A DNA stretch of 64,000 nt from a virus. A program made the translations under genes and the position numbers. Positions 44,698-53,778 of the stretch are shown here, in pieces. The notes beneath the pieces are model-generated. The model saw nothing but the letters and a program-made list of their open reading frames with translations. It ran no database searches and had not been told where the DNA came from. Positions within the stretch are counted from its first letter, which is position 1. Each line of letters begins with the position of its first letter. The stretch lies in IMG/VR virus record IMGVR_UViG_3300022723_000177, positions 1 through 64,000 of that record; one strand, written 5' to 3'.

Positions 44698-45152
44698 TGG
44701 CACACCAGAAGAATGACTCCAAGGTTTCCGGCTTCAAGCTCGTGAAGAGCGGCCAGCCGAGCGACTTCGAGAACAACGTCCGGCAGGCGTTCGAGAAGAT
44801 CGAAGCAGGCGGCTGCAACATCGTCACGGCGGTCTACTCCGTTGCTGGGCGAGGACTGCACTGCATGGCTGTCCACTTCGAGGGCAGCGCTCGTGCCGTC
44901 GCGAAGGTTCTGCCCGAGATCGAGAACGTACAGCAGCGGGCGGTGCCGGTCGGGAAGCGCACCCCGGAGGACCCGGATCTCCGGAAGGCCGTGGAGCAGC
45001 AGCAGGCGCCTCCGAGGGTGGTGAACGAGACGCCTCCGGCGCGCACGGGTACTGGTGCCGGCGGCGTCGAGCCCGAGGCGTCCGAGGACGGCGATTCCGC
45101 GGGACCGCTGATGCCCGAGCAGATCGCTCGTGAGCAGGGAGCAAGCGCGTGA
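44694..45152 (+). CDS. Hypothetical protein (152 aa)
   Basis: ATGA-coupled to the upstream ORF. Confidence 0.45.
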   Translation: MMAHQKNDSKVSGFKLVKSGQPSDFENNVRQAFEKIEAGGCNIVTAVYSVAGRGLHCMAVHFEGSARAVAKVLPEIENVQQRAVPVGKRTPEDPDLRKAVEQQQAPPRVVNETPPARTGTGAGGVEPEASEDGDSAGPLMPEQIAREQGASA

Positions 45153-45433
45153 ATCGCGTCTCCCGCTACCTGCTGCACGGACGTTCACCCCATTACGTGA
45201 ACCCCTTCGAGCTCGGGATCTACTGGGTAGGTCTACTCACAATGGTTTTCGGCGCGCTTCACGTCTGGTGGCCTCTCGGCGTCATCACCGCCGGCTACAT
45301 CGTGATGAAGGAAGCGCTGCCATCCCACCCCAAGATCACTCTCCGGCACTTCGATGCGAAGAAAGCGGAGGGCGGCGAAGAGGGGCCTACCGAGAGCCCC
45401 CTCAACACGCCGAGTCCCGGCCAGTACATGTGA
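45149..45433 (+). CDS. Small membrane protein (2 TM)
   Basis: GIYWVGLLTMVFGALHVWWPLGVITAGYIVM hydrophobic stretches. Confidence 0.45.
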   Translation: MNRVSRYLLHGRSPHYVNPFELGIYWVGLLTMVFGALHVWWPLGVITAGYIVMKEALPSHPKITLRHFDAKKAEGGEEGPTESPLNTPSPGQYM

Positions 45434-45539
45434 AAGGAGGCGCCTTGTGAGGTCTCCCTTGACGAGCGTCAGCAAGCCGAAGCCGCGCCCGAAGCCTCGG
45501 CCTAGTCGATGACAAGCAGCTGACCCAGAATGTGATGGA

Positions 45540-47732
45540 TTGGCGGCCCGTCTCGCCTCCGGTGGGGCGGGCCGCATTGCTGAAGGACACCAGGTGAATA
45601 GCACCTACCCGACACACGAAGACGTTCTCCGTGTCCTGCACGCCCAGGGCTCGAAGTGGATCACCCTTGAAGTACTCGAGGCACACACGCGGATCGAACG
45701 AGACTGGCTCACAGCGGAAGGGGGCGACGAGACCTACCCCCGTATCGGCTTCAACAACGGTGTCTCCTGGTTCTTCGACAAAGACCGCCGTCCCGACATG
45801 AAGCACGGCTCCGGCAAGCAGAAGACTCACTGCGCTGGGGGCGTGCGCCGCACGCTGCTCGGGGACCTGGAGAAGGACACGCTGATCCTGTTCGAAGGTG
45901 AGCGCGACTGGCTCACGGCGCTGTCGCTCGGGTTCGACAACGCGATCTGCGCAGGCGGGATCCTGAACCTCGACGAGCACCAGTTCCAGCAGCTGGCGCA
46001 GAAAGCCGAGGTCGTGGTGTTCTTCGACAACGATGAGGAGGGGGTGAACGGAGCAAAGATCGTAGCTGCCCGTCTTCAGGACCACGGCTGTCTCGCCGCG
46101 AAGTGGGTCGTGCCGCCGATCGACGGCGACTTCTCCGAGTGGGTCGAGGGCTTCGAGGATGATCCGCGTGGCACTGTGCTGCACCGCATGACGAGCCAGG
46201 CGGAGAGGCTGAAGAAGGCCGACGCGAAGAAGATACTGAACGCCGGGACCAAGGCCAAGAAGAAAGACGACATCGTCGAGCATCCTTCGGATGAGTTCAC
46301 TACCTCGAGCGGCGACCTCGTCACATCCGTCTGGAGGCCGACCGATCCCGAGCACCCTCACCACGTAGACCTCGGAGGCAAGGCGGTGTTCGTGCGCCAC
46401 GACCTGGCCGCGTCCGAGAAGGCCGGGAGCCTGATCGTCGACTACATCAGCCGCTACACCGAGGCCCCAACGGAGACTGATGAGTTCGACGAAGTACCGG
46501 AGATCTACGGAGGTGGTCAGCGCGCGAAGAGCCACGCCCCAGACCGTCCGCCTGTCGTGGTACCTCTTGGAGGCCAGACCGTCAGCGACCGGATCATGGT
46601 ACTGCCGTCCGGGGCTCGCGAGCATGGATCGAGCGAGAAGCTCTGGGATGACGTGGTTGAGCTCATCGAGAAGTACTTCGTCTGTGCCCCGGCATTTGTT
46701 CACGCCATGGCTGCTTACACGTTTCTGACCTACCGCTATCGCGATGCGCGCTTCGAGGTGATCCCGTACCTCAGGGTGATCGGCCAGGCGGGAAGCGGAA
46801 AGACTCGATTCGCCCGCATCATGAAGGAGCTCTGCTTTCGCAGCCTGTTCGTCACGGGTATGCGTTCGCACCACATCTACCGAATCATCACCGGTTTCAA
46901 CGCCGGGGCCACGCTCGTGTTCGAGGAGTTCGACATGGGGACGCGCGGCGAAGAAAAGATGGAGTGGACCCGTATCCTCAACGCCGGGAACCAGTACGGC
47001 GTGAAGATCCCGCGGATGGGCGGCAAGAACTTCAGCGACGTCGAGTACTTCGACATCTTCGGTCCGAAGGTGATCTCGATGCACGAGGAGTTCGATGACG
47101 AGGGCCTGGCGCGTCGCTGCTTCGGAGTCGTGCTCGGGAAGATGGAGGTTCCCAAAGAGAAGTACTTCGCCGCTCTGCCGAACATCTTCTACCAGGAGAC
47201 GGCGATCCTCCGCGAGCGTTTGCTCGGGTGGCGATTCGCCAAGCGTGGGTTGCCTACGCGCACGCTCGGTGAAGAGCTCCAAGCTGGGATCAAGGGCGAG
47301 GTCTGGCAGACGGTGTTCCCGATGCTGGCCATGGTCCCCGCGGCTCGCCCCGAGGCGACAGCCGCGATCCTCGGGCTGGCGCAAAAGAGCCAGGCGCAGA
47401 TGAAGCTGGTGCGCGCCACCTCGCCCGTCGCTCAGGTGCTCGAGTCCACGATCTATGCTCATGACGATGACCGGGGCTGGACCGAGCTCCAGAACGTGCT
47501 CACCGAATTGCAACTGCGGGACCCCAACGCTAGGTGGACCACCCAGAAGGTCAACAAGTGTCTGCGAGAAGCGGGCCTAACCCCGCGCCGCACCATGAAG
47601 AAGATCGGCGAGCACATCTGGGTCGTCGATATTGACGACACCTTTCGTGGCGCCGTGGCCACGTACAAGCTGGAGATCGAGCAGCTCGCTCAAGAGAATG
47701 CGCGGGAGACTGCGCCGCAGGAGATCATGTGA
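45540..47732 (+). CDS. DNA primase (Toprim domain) fused to a P-loop NTPase (D5/VirE-like primase-helicase)
   Basis: Toprim LILFEGERDWLT ... VVVFFDNDEEG (E and DxD). Downstream VIGQAGSGKT Walker A. TTG start at 45540; the start is uncertain. Confidence 0.75.
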   Translation: MAARLASGGAGRIAEGHQVNSTYPTHEDVLRVLHAQGSKWITLEVLEAHTRIERDWLTAEGGDETYPRIGFNNGVSWFFDKDRRPDMKHGSGKQKTHCAGGVRRTLLGDLEKDTLILFEGERDWLTALSLGFDNAICAGGILNLDEHQFQQLAQKAEVVVFFDNDEEGVNGAKIVAARLQDHGCLAAKWVVPPIDGDFSEWVEGFEDDPRGTVLHRMTSQAERLKKADAKKILNAGTKAKKKDDIVEHPSDEFTTSSGDLVTSVWRPTDPEHPHHVDLGGKAVFVRHDLAASEKAGSLIVDYISRYTEAPTETDEFDEVPEIYGGGQRAKSHAPDRPPVVVPLGGQTVSDRIMVLPSGAREHGSSEKLWDDVVELIEKYFVCAPAFVHAMAAYTFLTYRYRDARFEVIPYLRVIGQAGSGKTRFARIMKELCFRSLFVTGMRSHHIYRIITGFNAGATLVFEEFDMGTRGEEKMEWTRILNAGNQYGVKIPRMGGKNFSDVEYFDIFGPKVISMHEEFDDEGLARRCFGVVLGKMEVPKEKYFAALPNIFYQETAILRERLLGWRFAKRGLPTRTLGEELQAGIKGEVWQTVFPMLAMVPAARPEATAAILGLAQKSQAQMKLVRATSPVAQVLESTIYAHDDDRGWTELQNVLTELQLRDPNARWTTQKVNKCLREAGLTPRRTMKKIGEHIWVVDIDDTFRGAVATYKLEIEQLAQENARETAPQEIM

Positions 47733-48718
47733 GCTTCAGGCCCTACATGCATGTGGAGAGGCTTGGCCACCCCGAGGTTGATGGCATCGAGATCGGCACC
47801 GTTCACGTCTTCCCCAAGCTTGACGGCACCAACGCTAGCGTCTGGGTCGAGTACGGCGACGACTCACCAGAGCTCCACGCCGGCTCTAGGCGGCGGCACC
47901 TGACACTCGAGGCGGACAACCACGGGTTTTGTCGGTGGGTCCACGAACAGTCGGCGGATCCGAGCTCACCTCTGCAGAAGCTGGACCAGCGCCATAGTGG
48001 GCGTGACTGGATCCTCTACGGCGAGTGGCTCGTGCCCCACACGATCAAGAAGTACCGCGACGACGCGTGGCGCCAGTTCTATGTGTTCGATGTCTACGAC
48101 CGCCTCTACGATCAGTACATCCCGTTCGAAGAGTATGAGCCTGAGCTCACCTCGGCTGGGCTCAATGTAGTCTACCCTCTCGCGATCGTGACGAACCCCG
48201 ACGACGCTGCGCTTCAGCGCCTGGTCAACCAGAACACCTACCTCATGCTCGACGGGCAGGGCGCCGGCGAGGGCGTGGTGCTCAAGAACTACGACTTTAC
48301 CAACGCGCACGGCCGTCAAACGTGGGCGAAGATCGTTCGCAACGAGTTCAAGGAAGACGCGCGCAAGGCAATGGGTGTCTCCGAGATCGACGGCAAGGAG
48401 CGCATCGAGACCAAGATCGCTCAGACGCTTTGCACTTCGCACTTGATCGACAAGACGCGACTCATGGTAGAGAAGATGGCGTTTGCCCAAAACGTTGATG
48501 GCTACGCCGAGCAGGATCCTGAGGCCTACGAACAGTGGCTCGCCAAGAACCGCGGAACGATCATCCCTCGCCTGCTCCAGACCGTGTTCTACGAGCTCGT
48601 ACGCGAGGAGATCTGGCACATGCTTAAGCTCGAGAAACGGCTGCCCACCATCGACTTCAAGCGTCTCCAGCAGGAGACCACTCTGGCAGTGAAGCGTCAC
48701 TGCTCGGACTTGTTCTGA
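47729..48718 (+). CDS. ATP-dependent polynucleotide ligase, Rnl2-like (RNA ligase or nick-sealing ligase)
   Basis: Motif I FPKLDGTNASVW (KxDGTN, compare T4 Rnl2 KIHGTN). 329 aa, similar to Rnl2 length. Not a classical KxDGxR DNA ligase. Confidence 0.6.
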   Translation: MSFRPYMHVERLGHPEVDGIEIGTVHVFPKLDGTNASVWVEYGDDSPELHAGSRRRHLTLEADNHGFCRWVHEQSADPSSPLQKLDQRHSGRDWILYGEWLVPHTIKKYRDDAWRQFYVFDVYDRLYDQYIPFEEYEPELTSAGLNVVYPLAIVTNPDDAALQRLVNQNTYLMLDGQGAGEGVVLKNYDFTNAHGRQTWAKIVRNEFKEDARKAMGVSEIDGKERIETKIAQTLCTSHLIDKTRLMVEKMAFAQNVDGYAEQDPEAYEQWLAKNRGTIIPRLLQTVFYELVREEIWHMLKLEKRLPTIDFKRLQQETTLAVKRHCSDLF

Positions 48719-48966
48719 TGCTGGTCGTGAAGGTGGAGCTCTGGCCGTTCGGCAACGAGGAGTCCAAGCGCACGCTCGGCACGATGCGGATCTCCAACGA
48801 CGCTACCGGGACAACGACACGCGGGAACTACAACGTCCGCGTCTTCAGCAGGGACGGCCGCGAAACGCACAAGGTGCGGGTCGAAAACTATCCCCGAAAA
48901 GCGCTCAGCGTCTGGGCGCTAGTGTATCAAGCGCTCGTACACTGCAGTTTCAGGAAGAATCTGTGA
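48718..48966 (+). CDS. Hypothetical protein (82 aa)
   Basis: ATGCTG overlap coupling with the upstream ORF. Confidence 0.45.
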   Translation: MLVVKVELWPFGNEESKRTLGTMRISNDATGTTTRGNYNVRVFSRDGRETHKVRVENYPRKALSVWALVYQALVHCSFRKNL

Positions 48967-49346
48967 TGGCCTGGCCGCAGGACGTCACCCGCGCGGATCT
49001 TTCGATCACCTACTACAAGGGCAGCGGCCCGGGTGGGCAGAACAAGAACAAGCGTGACACCGCCTGCAGGATCGTCCACGCGCCTACAGGGTTGTGGGCG
49101 ACCAGCGAGACACACCGCACGCAACCCCAGAACAAGACCGAGGCGTTCCGCCGCCTGGCCAAGAAGCTCGTCCCGATCATGAAGGGCGACAAGAAGGGTC
49201 CGGGGCTTCCGACCGAACGCATCCGCACCTACCACGAGAAGCGGGGCGTGACTGACACCCGGGTTCCTGGGCGAACCTTCGAGTACAAGAGAGTGCTCGA
49301 CGGCGACCTGGACGAAATCCTGAACGAACTGATGGAGGCACGATGA
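48963..49346 (+). CDS. Peptidyl-tRNA hydrolase domain protein (GGQ motif), ArfB/ICT1-like ribosome rescue factor
   Basis: YKGSGPGGQNKNKRDTACRIVHAPTGL...ETHRTQPQNKTEAF matches the class-I release factor GGQ domain (SGPGGQxVNKTDSAVRITHIPTGI...SQHKNK). Stand-alone 127 aa with a basic C-terminal tail, as in ArfB. Confidence 0.75.
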   Translation: MMAWPQDVTRADLSITYYKGSGPGGQNKNKRDTACRIVHAPTGLWATSETHRTQPQNKTEAFRRLAKKLVPIMKGDKKGPGLPTERIRTYHEKRGVTDTRVPGRTFEYKRVLDGDLDEILNELMEAR

Positions 49347-49843
49347 ACCGCAACCCGACTCCCGACGAGATGCTCGCACTGCTCGAGGCTGAAGAGCAGC
49401 TCGAGCCGATCGGCCCCGAGCCTGGCGTGATCGCCGAGCGCGAAGCGCGCGAAGCCCGCGAGGAAGAGGACGCAGCCGGCGGCATGCGCCCGCACACGAA
49501 GGAGAGCGCGGCCGAGCTCGAAGGCGTGGACCAGTTCCTGCCGCAGTTCCATCGCGGCGAGATCCTCAATTGGCGAGGCTGGTTCTTCCAGGTGCTCCAC
49601 CCGTCGAACGCGAATGGGCACATGGTGCTCCAGCCTGTAGGCCCCTCTAAGAAGCTCGTGAAGAGGATCCGACACAAGATCGAGAACCAGACGAAGGGCT
49701 TGGCCAAGGTCGAGACTCGCGATCGCAAGCGCGCCACCCGCAAGATGGCTCGTCAGAAGCGCGCCCTGCGTCGGCATACCAAGCGCGTGGCCGCCCGCCG
49801 CGCGGCGGAGAAGGCCCAAGCAGGCGAGAAGGTGTCGGCGTGA
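49343..49843 (+). CDS. Hypothetical basic protein (166 aa)
   Basis: ATGA-coupled to the ArfB-like gene. Confidence 0.45.
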   Translation: MNRNPTPDEMLALLEAEEQLEPIGPEPGVIAEREAREAREEEDAAGGMRPHTKESAAELEGVDQFLPQFHRGEILNWRGWFFQVLHPSNANGHMVLQPVGPSKKLVKRIRHKIENQTKGLAKVETRDRKRATRKMARQKRALRRHTKRVAARRAAEKAQAGEKVSA

Positions 49844-50544
49844 TGGCGTCGTCTTCGTTGGCAGTGCAGTACCCCGCTGAGTACCGCGTAAAAGGCACGC
49901 TCCAGTCAGTGCAGATCCCTGAGGACGGGCACGGAACCGGGAACATCTGGGACCTCCTCGCGCTCGGCGGTCTGCTGACCAGACACCACCACCAAAAGGC
50001 GGTGCTTGGGTGGGGTGGTGGAACCGTCGCTGCGCTGATTCGCTCGTTCCAGCCGTACTCGGTTTTCGACGCTGTGGAGGTCAACCGAGACGCTATCGAC
50101 GTCGCCTACTCGTGGGGTGTAGACTACCAGCCCCCTGGCCTTTGCCCTACGGACGTCACCGAATGGATCTTCGAGGAGTTCAAAGCGCACCTCCAAAGTG
50201 GCACCAGTCCGAGCTCCAGGCCCTACTCGTTGATCATCGAGGACACGTTCAAAGGCTACGAGAAGCCGGAGGGTTTCCCGGTGCCGAACTACCGAATGCT
50301 TAGCACTTTGACCGACACGCTCGTCGTGAACACGGTCGGTCGCGCGGCGCCGCGGACGCGGGCTATTCTGAAGGATCTCTATCCACGCGTGGTGAAGGTT
50401 GAGCTCGGTGGCCTGCTGAACCGCGTGTTCATCGCATCCACCCTCCGTGAAGAATGTACTGGGAAGGCGCTGCGGGCAGCGGCCTCAAAGCATGGGTGCT
50501 TCCAGCGAATTCTCGCCAACAACGTAAGGATCTCTCTGACATGA
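49840..50544 (+). CDS. Rossmann-fold protein, possibly SAM-dependent methyltransferase or spermidine-synthase-like
   Basis: KAVLGWGGGTVAALI ... DAVEVNRDAIDVA resembles motif I and the post-I acidic residue of class-I methyltransferases. Confidence 0.4.
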   Translation: MMASSSLAVQYPAEYRVKGTLQSVQIPEDGHGTGNIWDLLALGGLLTRHHHQKAVLGWGGGTVAALIRSFQPYSVFDAVEVNRDAIDVAYSWGVDYQPPGLCPTDVTEWIFEEFKAHLQSGTSPSSRPYSLIIEDTFKGYEKPEGFPVPNYRMLSTLTDTLVVNTVGRAAPRTRAILKDLYPRVVKVELGGLLNRVFIASTLREECTGKALRAAASKHGCFQRILANNVRISLT

Positions 50545-50963
50545 AGTGGTTTGATTGGGTCTTCGTCTGCATCATCATCGCCGGTTTTCTGGTGTTCTCG
50601 AGCCGCGGGGAGGCGTCTTGTCCTGCCGAGGTAGCTACGAACGTCGCGGCCCGCGCCGTAGGCGTGAACGATTGGGCGTGTGGTATCTGTACCTTGCCGC
50701 TCGGCCCAGGCGAGCTCGAGATCCAGTCGGTCGAGCTCTTCTTCGTCGACACTGGCGAACGCATCGATTGTTTCTCGATCACCAACGACGCCATGATCGT
50801 GGCGGGTTTTTCTCTGCCAACCTCGTCGAAGATCCGGTACATCAAAGCGAAGACCTACAGTGGGGCTAACTGCAGCGGACGGCCCAGCGTGGTGCCTAGC
50901 CCGAACCAGTGTTCCATTCGGCTCGAAGCGCCGTCGCCGCCGATGTTGACCGAGGTTCCCTAA
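50541..50963 (+). CDS. Membrane-anchored or secreted Cys-rich protein
   Basis: MKWFDWVFVCIIIAGFLVFSS N-terminal transmembrane/signal segment. Start at the internal ATG at 50541. Confidence 0.45.
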   Translation: MKWFDWVFVCIIIAGFLVFSSRGEASCPAEVATNVAARAVGVNDWACGICTLPLGPGELEIQSVELFFVDTGERIDCFSITNDAMIVAGFSLPTSSKIRYIKAKTYSGANCSGRPSVVPSPNQCSIRLEAPSPPMLTEVP

Positions 50964-51583
50964 TGGCCATCATCGACCTCGAGGACATCGTACCCAAGCC
51001 TCCGCCGAACTTCGTACCTCCCGACCACCAGGATAGTGAGAAGTGGGTGCGGGACGTGATCGCCTTCCACGAGCACATGCTCCAGAATTCCCCGAGCGAG
51101 CCGACCATCCAAAACGCTGGGGTGCGGAACCTTCGGCTCGACCTCATGGACGAAGAGTACGGCGAGTACCGTGGGGCTCTTGAGGACGACGATCTCGTCG
51201 AAATCGCGGATGCCTGCGTAGACATGATCTACGTCGCGATCGGGACCATGGTCGCGTACGGCATCCGGCCCGAGCCCATCTGGGACGAGGTCCACCAGAC
51301 GAACATGCAGAAAGAGCCGAAGGGCGCCAAACGCAAGGCGACGAAACCCAAGGGCTTCCGCAAGCCCAACGTCGCACGGCTGCTCCGGCTCCAGGGCTTC
51401 CGCTGCCCGATGAGTCACGCCAACACGCGGTGTGAACGTGTCCGCTCCCACCCCGGTGACTGTTTCTCGTGGGCGTGGATCAAGGTCGATGGACCCGCCG
51501 TGAAACGCGGGTTCTGGTTCGGATACCGCGGCTCCCTGCTGCTCGAGCCCGGCGACACCAACATCCCGGAGGACATCCCGTGA
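50963..51583 (+). CDS. MazG-like nucleoside triphosphate pyrophosphohydrolase
   Basis: EEYGEYRGALEDDDLVEIADACVDMIYVAIGTMVAYGIRPEPIWDEVHQTNMQK matches the MazG all-alpha NTP-PPase core (E..E...E..D metal ligands). ATG at 50963. Confidence 0.7.
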   Translation: MAIIDLEDIVPKPPPNFVPPDHQDSEKWVRDVIAFHEHMLQNSPSEPTIQNAGVRNLRLDLMDEEYGEYRGALEDDDLVEIADACVDMIYVAIGTMVAYGIRPEPIWDEVHQTNMQKEPKGAKRKATKPKGFRKPNVARLLRLQGFRCPMSHANTRCERVRSHPGDCFSWAWIKVDGPAVKRGFWFGYRGSLLLEPGDTNIPEDIP

Positions 51584-51608
51584 AGCTTCAAGTCGCCTTC
51601 GTCGAGAG

Positions 51609-52010
51609 GTGGACCCCTTGACCCACGTCGCCCACTTCCGGAAGGGCCGGACGCACCACGTTCTGCTTCTCGATGAGATCCACCCAGCGGTATGGGTCTT
51701 GGAGGGTGGCCACCTCGAGCACTTCAGGCTCGTACTCGGGCACGCCGGCATCCTCGGCTACCGCCAGACTGACACCAAACCAATCGAGGTGGCCACCCTC
51801 CAAGAGACGCTGCTGAAGCTGGGCAACCACGAAGACGTGAGGAAAGGCGAGCCCCTCACCTACTGCACCTACATGCATCTGACAGCTGAGCTCAAGGAGC
51901 TCTTCGAGGTCGGGTGGATACGAACAAGCTCGGTCATCTCGACCCTACAGATCCGTGACCGGCTGAAGCTCCTGGAGGAAACATGTCCGTCGAAGTCATT
52001 GGATTCGTAG
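51609..52010 (+). CDS. Hypothetical protein (133 aa)
   Basis: ORF-track call. Overlaps the kinase start. Confidence 0.4.
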   Translation: MDPLTHVAHFRKGRTHHVLLLDEIHPAVWVLEGGHLEHFRLVLGHAGILGYRQTDTKPIEVATLQETLLKLGNHEDVRKGEPLTYCTYMHLTAELKELFEVGWIRTSSVISTLQIRDRLKLLEETCPSKSLDS

Positions 52011-52669
52011 GCCGCCCTGGTTGCGGCAAGAGCACGTTGGCCGAATACCTCCTCGATGAGTACGGCTACATCGAGATCAACCTGCCCGCGAAGCTGCGCG
52101 AGGTCGTAGCGGTCGCCTTCGACTGGGATGTTGGGCGCCTGAACGACCTCGAGTACAAGGAGGCCCACGACAAGAGGTGGGCCCGGGCGAATGGGGACTA
52201 CCTGGTGCGGCGCGAGGCCATGATCGAGCTCTCGCAGGCGCTGCGTAGGTGCGACCCGAACTTCCTCACCAAGCACGCCGAGCGGGAGATCAACGACTGC
52301 TGCGCCCTGGGCCACGATCTGTTCGTGCTCCCCGAGATCCGAAGCGCCGCGGATGTAGCGCTTGTGCGCGCGCTCGGCGGAGAGTTCTGGAAGATCGAGA
52401 AGATCGGCGGCCCGCACGGCGCAACTGACCTCGACGAGCTCCCGGGCGACCTGATCCCCGACAACATCCTGCGCGCTCGTCATGGGCACGCGCGCGACCT
52501 GTTCGACCAGGCCGACATCATCCTCGAGAATCCACCCTCGCGGTCGGGCGTTGTGCGTTCCCCGGCGGATGGTGACTGCGGGGTGGTGCAGGTCGGCGGC
52601 GAGTGTGAACACCACTCTATCGATTGCGCCACGCCGGAAGCGTGGGATCGGGCGAGCAAGAACTCATGA
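51983..52669 (+). CDS. P-loop kinase (dNMP-kinase or polynucleotide-kinase-like)
   Basis: VIGFVGRPGCGKSTLAEYL Walker A at the N-terminus. 228 aa. Confidence 0.6.
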   Translation: MSVEVIGFVGRPGCGKSTLAEYLLDEYGYIEINLPAKLREVVAVAFDWDVGRLNDLEYKEAHDKRWARANGDYLVRREAMIELSQALRRCDPNFLTKHAEREINDCCALGHDLFVLPEIRSAADVALVRALGGEFWKIEKIGGPHGATDLDELPGDLIPDNILRARHGHARDLFDQADIILENPPSRSGVVRSPADGDCGVVQVGGECEHHSIDCATPEAWDRASKNS

Positions 52670-53127
52670 CGTGTTCTGAGTGCGAGCGGGTGGCCAGCTA
52701 CATGGCTGCTGATCCAGAACTCTATCGCGGTGATGAGCGGGCCTGCTCCGCGCACCGCGCACGAACCCGAGACGTGCCAGCTAACCCACTCTCTCAGTCG
52801 ACAAGGGCCAACCTAGTGGGTACATCGGGTAGGAGCGCCGCTGGCACCCGAACGTCGGGGTCATCAGACGTGACGGCGGGAGAGACCGCACCTGTTTCCG
52901 GGGGTGAGTGGGACGACGTCTTTTGGCGGCGCTGTTCACGGGCGCTCGGCGCACCGACGGAGAATCCGAGCGGTACGCCCCACCACCCTCTTCTGGTTCT
53001 GAAGTCTCTCCGCACCAAGTGGTGGAGTGAGGGAAGGCAAGCAACACTGAATGATCTCAAGAAGATCAAGGAGAAGCGAGATGCTGAGCAAGACAAACAT
53101 CAAGACGAAGATCGACCGAGGACGTGA
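52666..53127 (+). CDS. Hypothetical protein with N-terminal CxxC
   Basis: MTCSECERV... ATGA-coupled. Overlaps the next gene by 47 nt, so one of the two starts may be wrong. Confidence 0.35.
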   Translation: MTCSECERVASYMAADPELYRGDERACSAHRARTRDVPANPLSQSTRANLVGTSGRSAAGTRTSGSSDVTAGETAPVSGGEWDDVFWRRCSRALGAPTENPSGTPHHPLLVLKSLRTKWWSEGRQATLNDLKKIKEKRDAEQDKHQDEDRPRT

Positions 53128-53410
53128 CGGAAAGGGGCGGGGTAGCAAGGGCGTCCACTCCATCACCTTCGAGTTCGCTCGCCCCGACAACCGGGTGACG
53201 TCTACCCCGCTGCCGGTGCCGAGCTTCCGCGTCTTCAAGCGCAACGCGGAGTTCGCCTACTGCGAGCTACTCATGAACCTCGCGGAAGGCAAGGTGGCGA
53301 AGGCCGCCGAGCTCGCCGGCACGGACCGCTCCAGCTTCTACGCGCTGATGTATCGCTGCGGCTTCCGCAGGAAGAGCGGCAGGGCGTTGTCGCTTGGGGC
53401 GCGGCTGTAG
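53081..53410 (+). CDS. Small DNA-binding protein with Fis-type C-terminal HTH
   Basis: KVAKAAELAGTDRSSFYALMYRCG is Fis/NtrC-like HTH_8. gagaagcgagATG RBS. Confidence 0.5.
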   Translation: MLSKTNIKTKIDRGRDGKGRGSKGVHSITFEFARPDNRVTSTPLPVPSFRVFKRNAEFAYCELLMNLAEGKVAKAAELAGTDRSSFYALMYRCGFRRKSGRALSLGARL

Positions 53411-53778
53411 TGGAGCGGGATCCCACCGAAGAAGAGGTGTACCTGGCCTTGCGGGCCAGCAGTAGGGTCATGCGGGACTTCTCCTATACCGCGGCCTGCG
53501 TGGCCATCGGCGTCGGACTCATCGTCGGCTTCATCGCCTACGAGCTCGGGGTCAAGCGCGGCTACGCCCTTTGCGCGATGGAGGCCATCGAAACCGCCTC
53601 AACGCCCCCGCTCGCTGGGGACGAGGTGGTCGTGGAAGCCTCATGGCCTGGCACTTTGCACGTTGACACCAACGAGGACGAGCCGGCCACTCCCCACTGT
53701 ATCACTGCTCTGATCTGCTTCACCCCGTACGATCGGGCGCCGAAGATGGAGGCCAAGCACCATGCGGATCGCGATTGA
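53410..53778 (+). CDS. Small membrane protein
   Basis: AACVAIGVGLIVGFIAY transmembrane segment. GTG start. Confidence 0.4.
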   Translation: MERDPTEEEVYLALRASSRVMRDFSYTAACVAIGVGLIVGFIAYELGVKRGYALCAMEAIETASTPPLAGDEVVVEASWPGTLHVDTNEDEPATPHCITALICFTPYDRAPKMEAKHHADRD

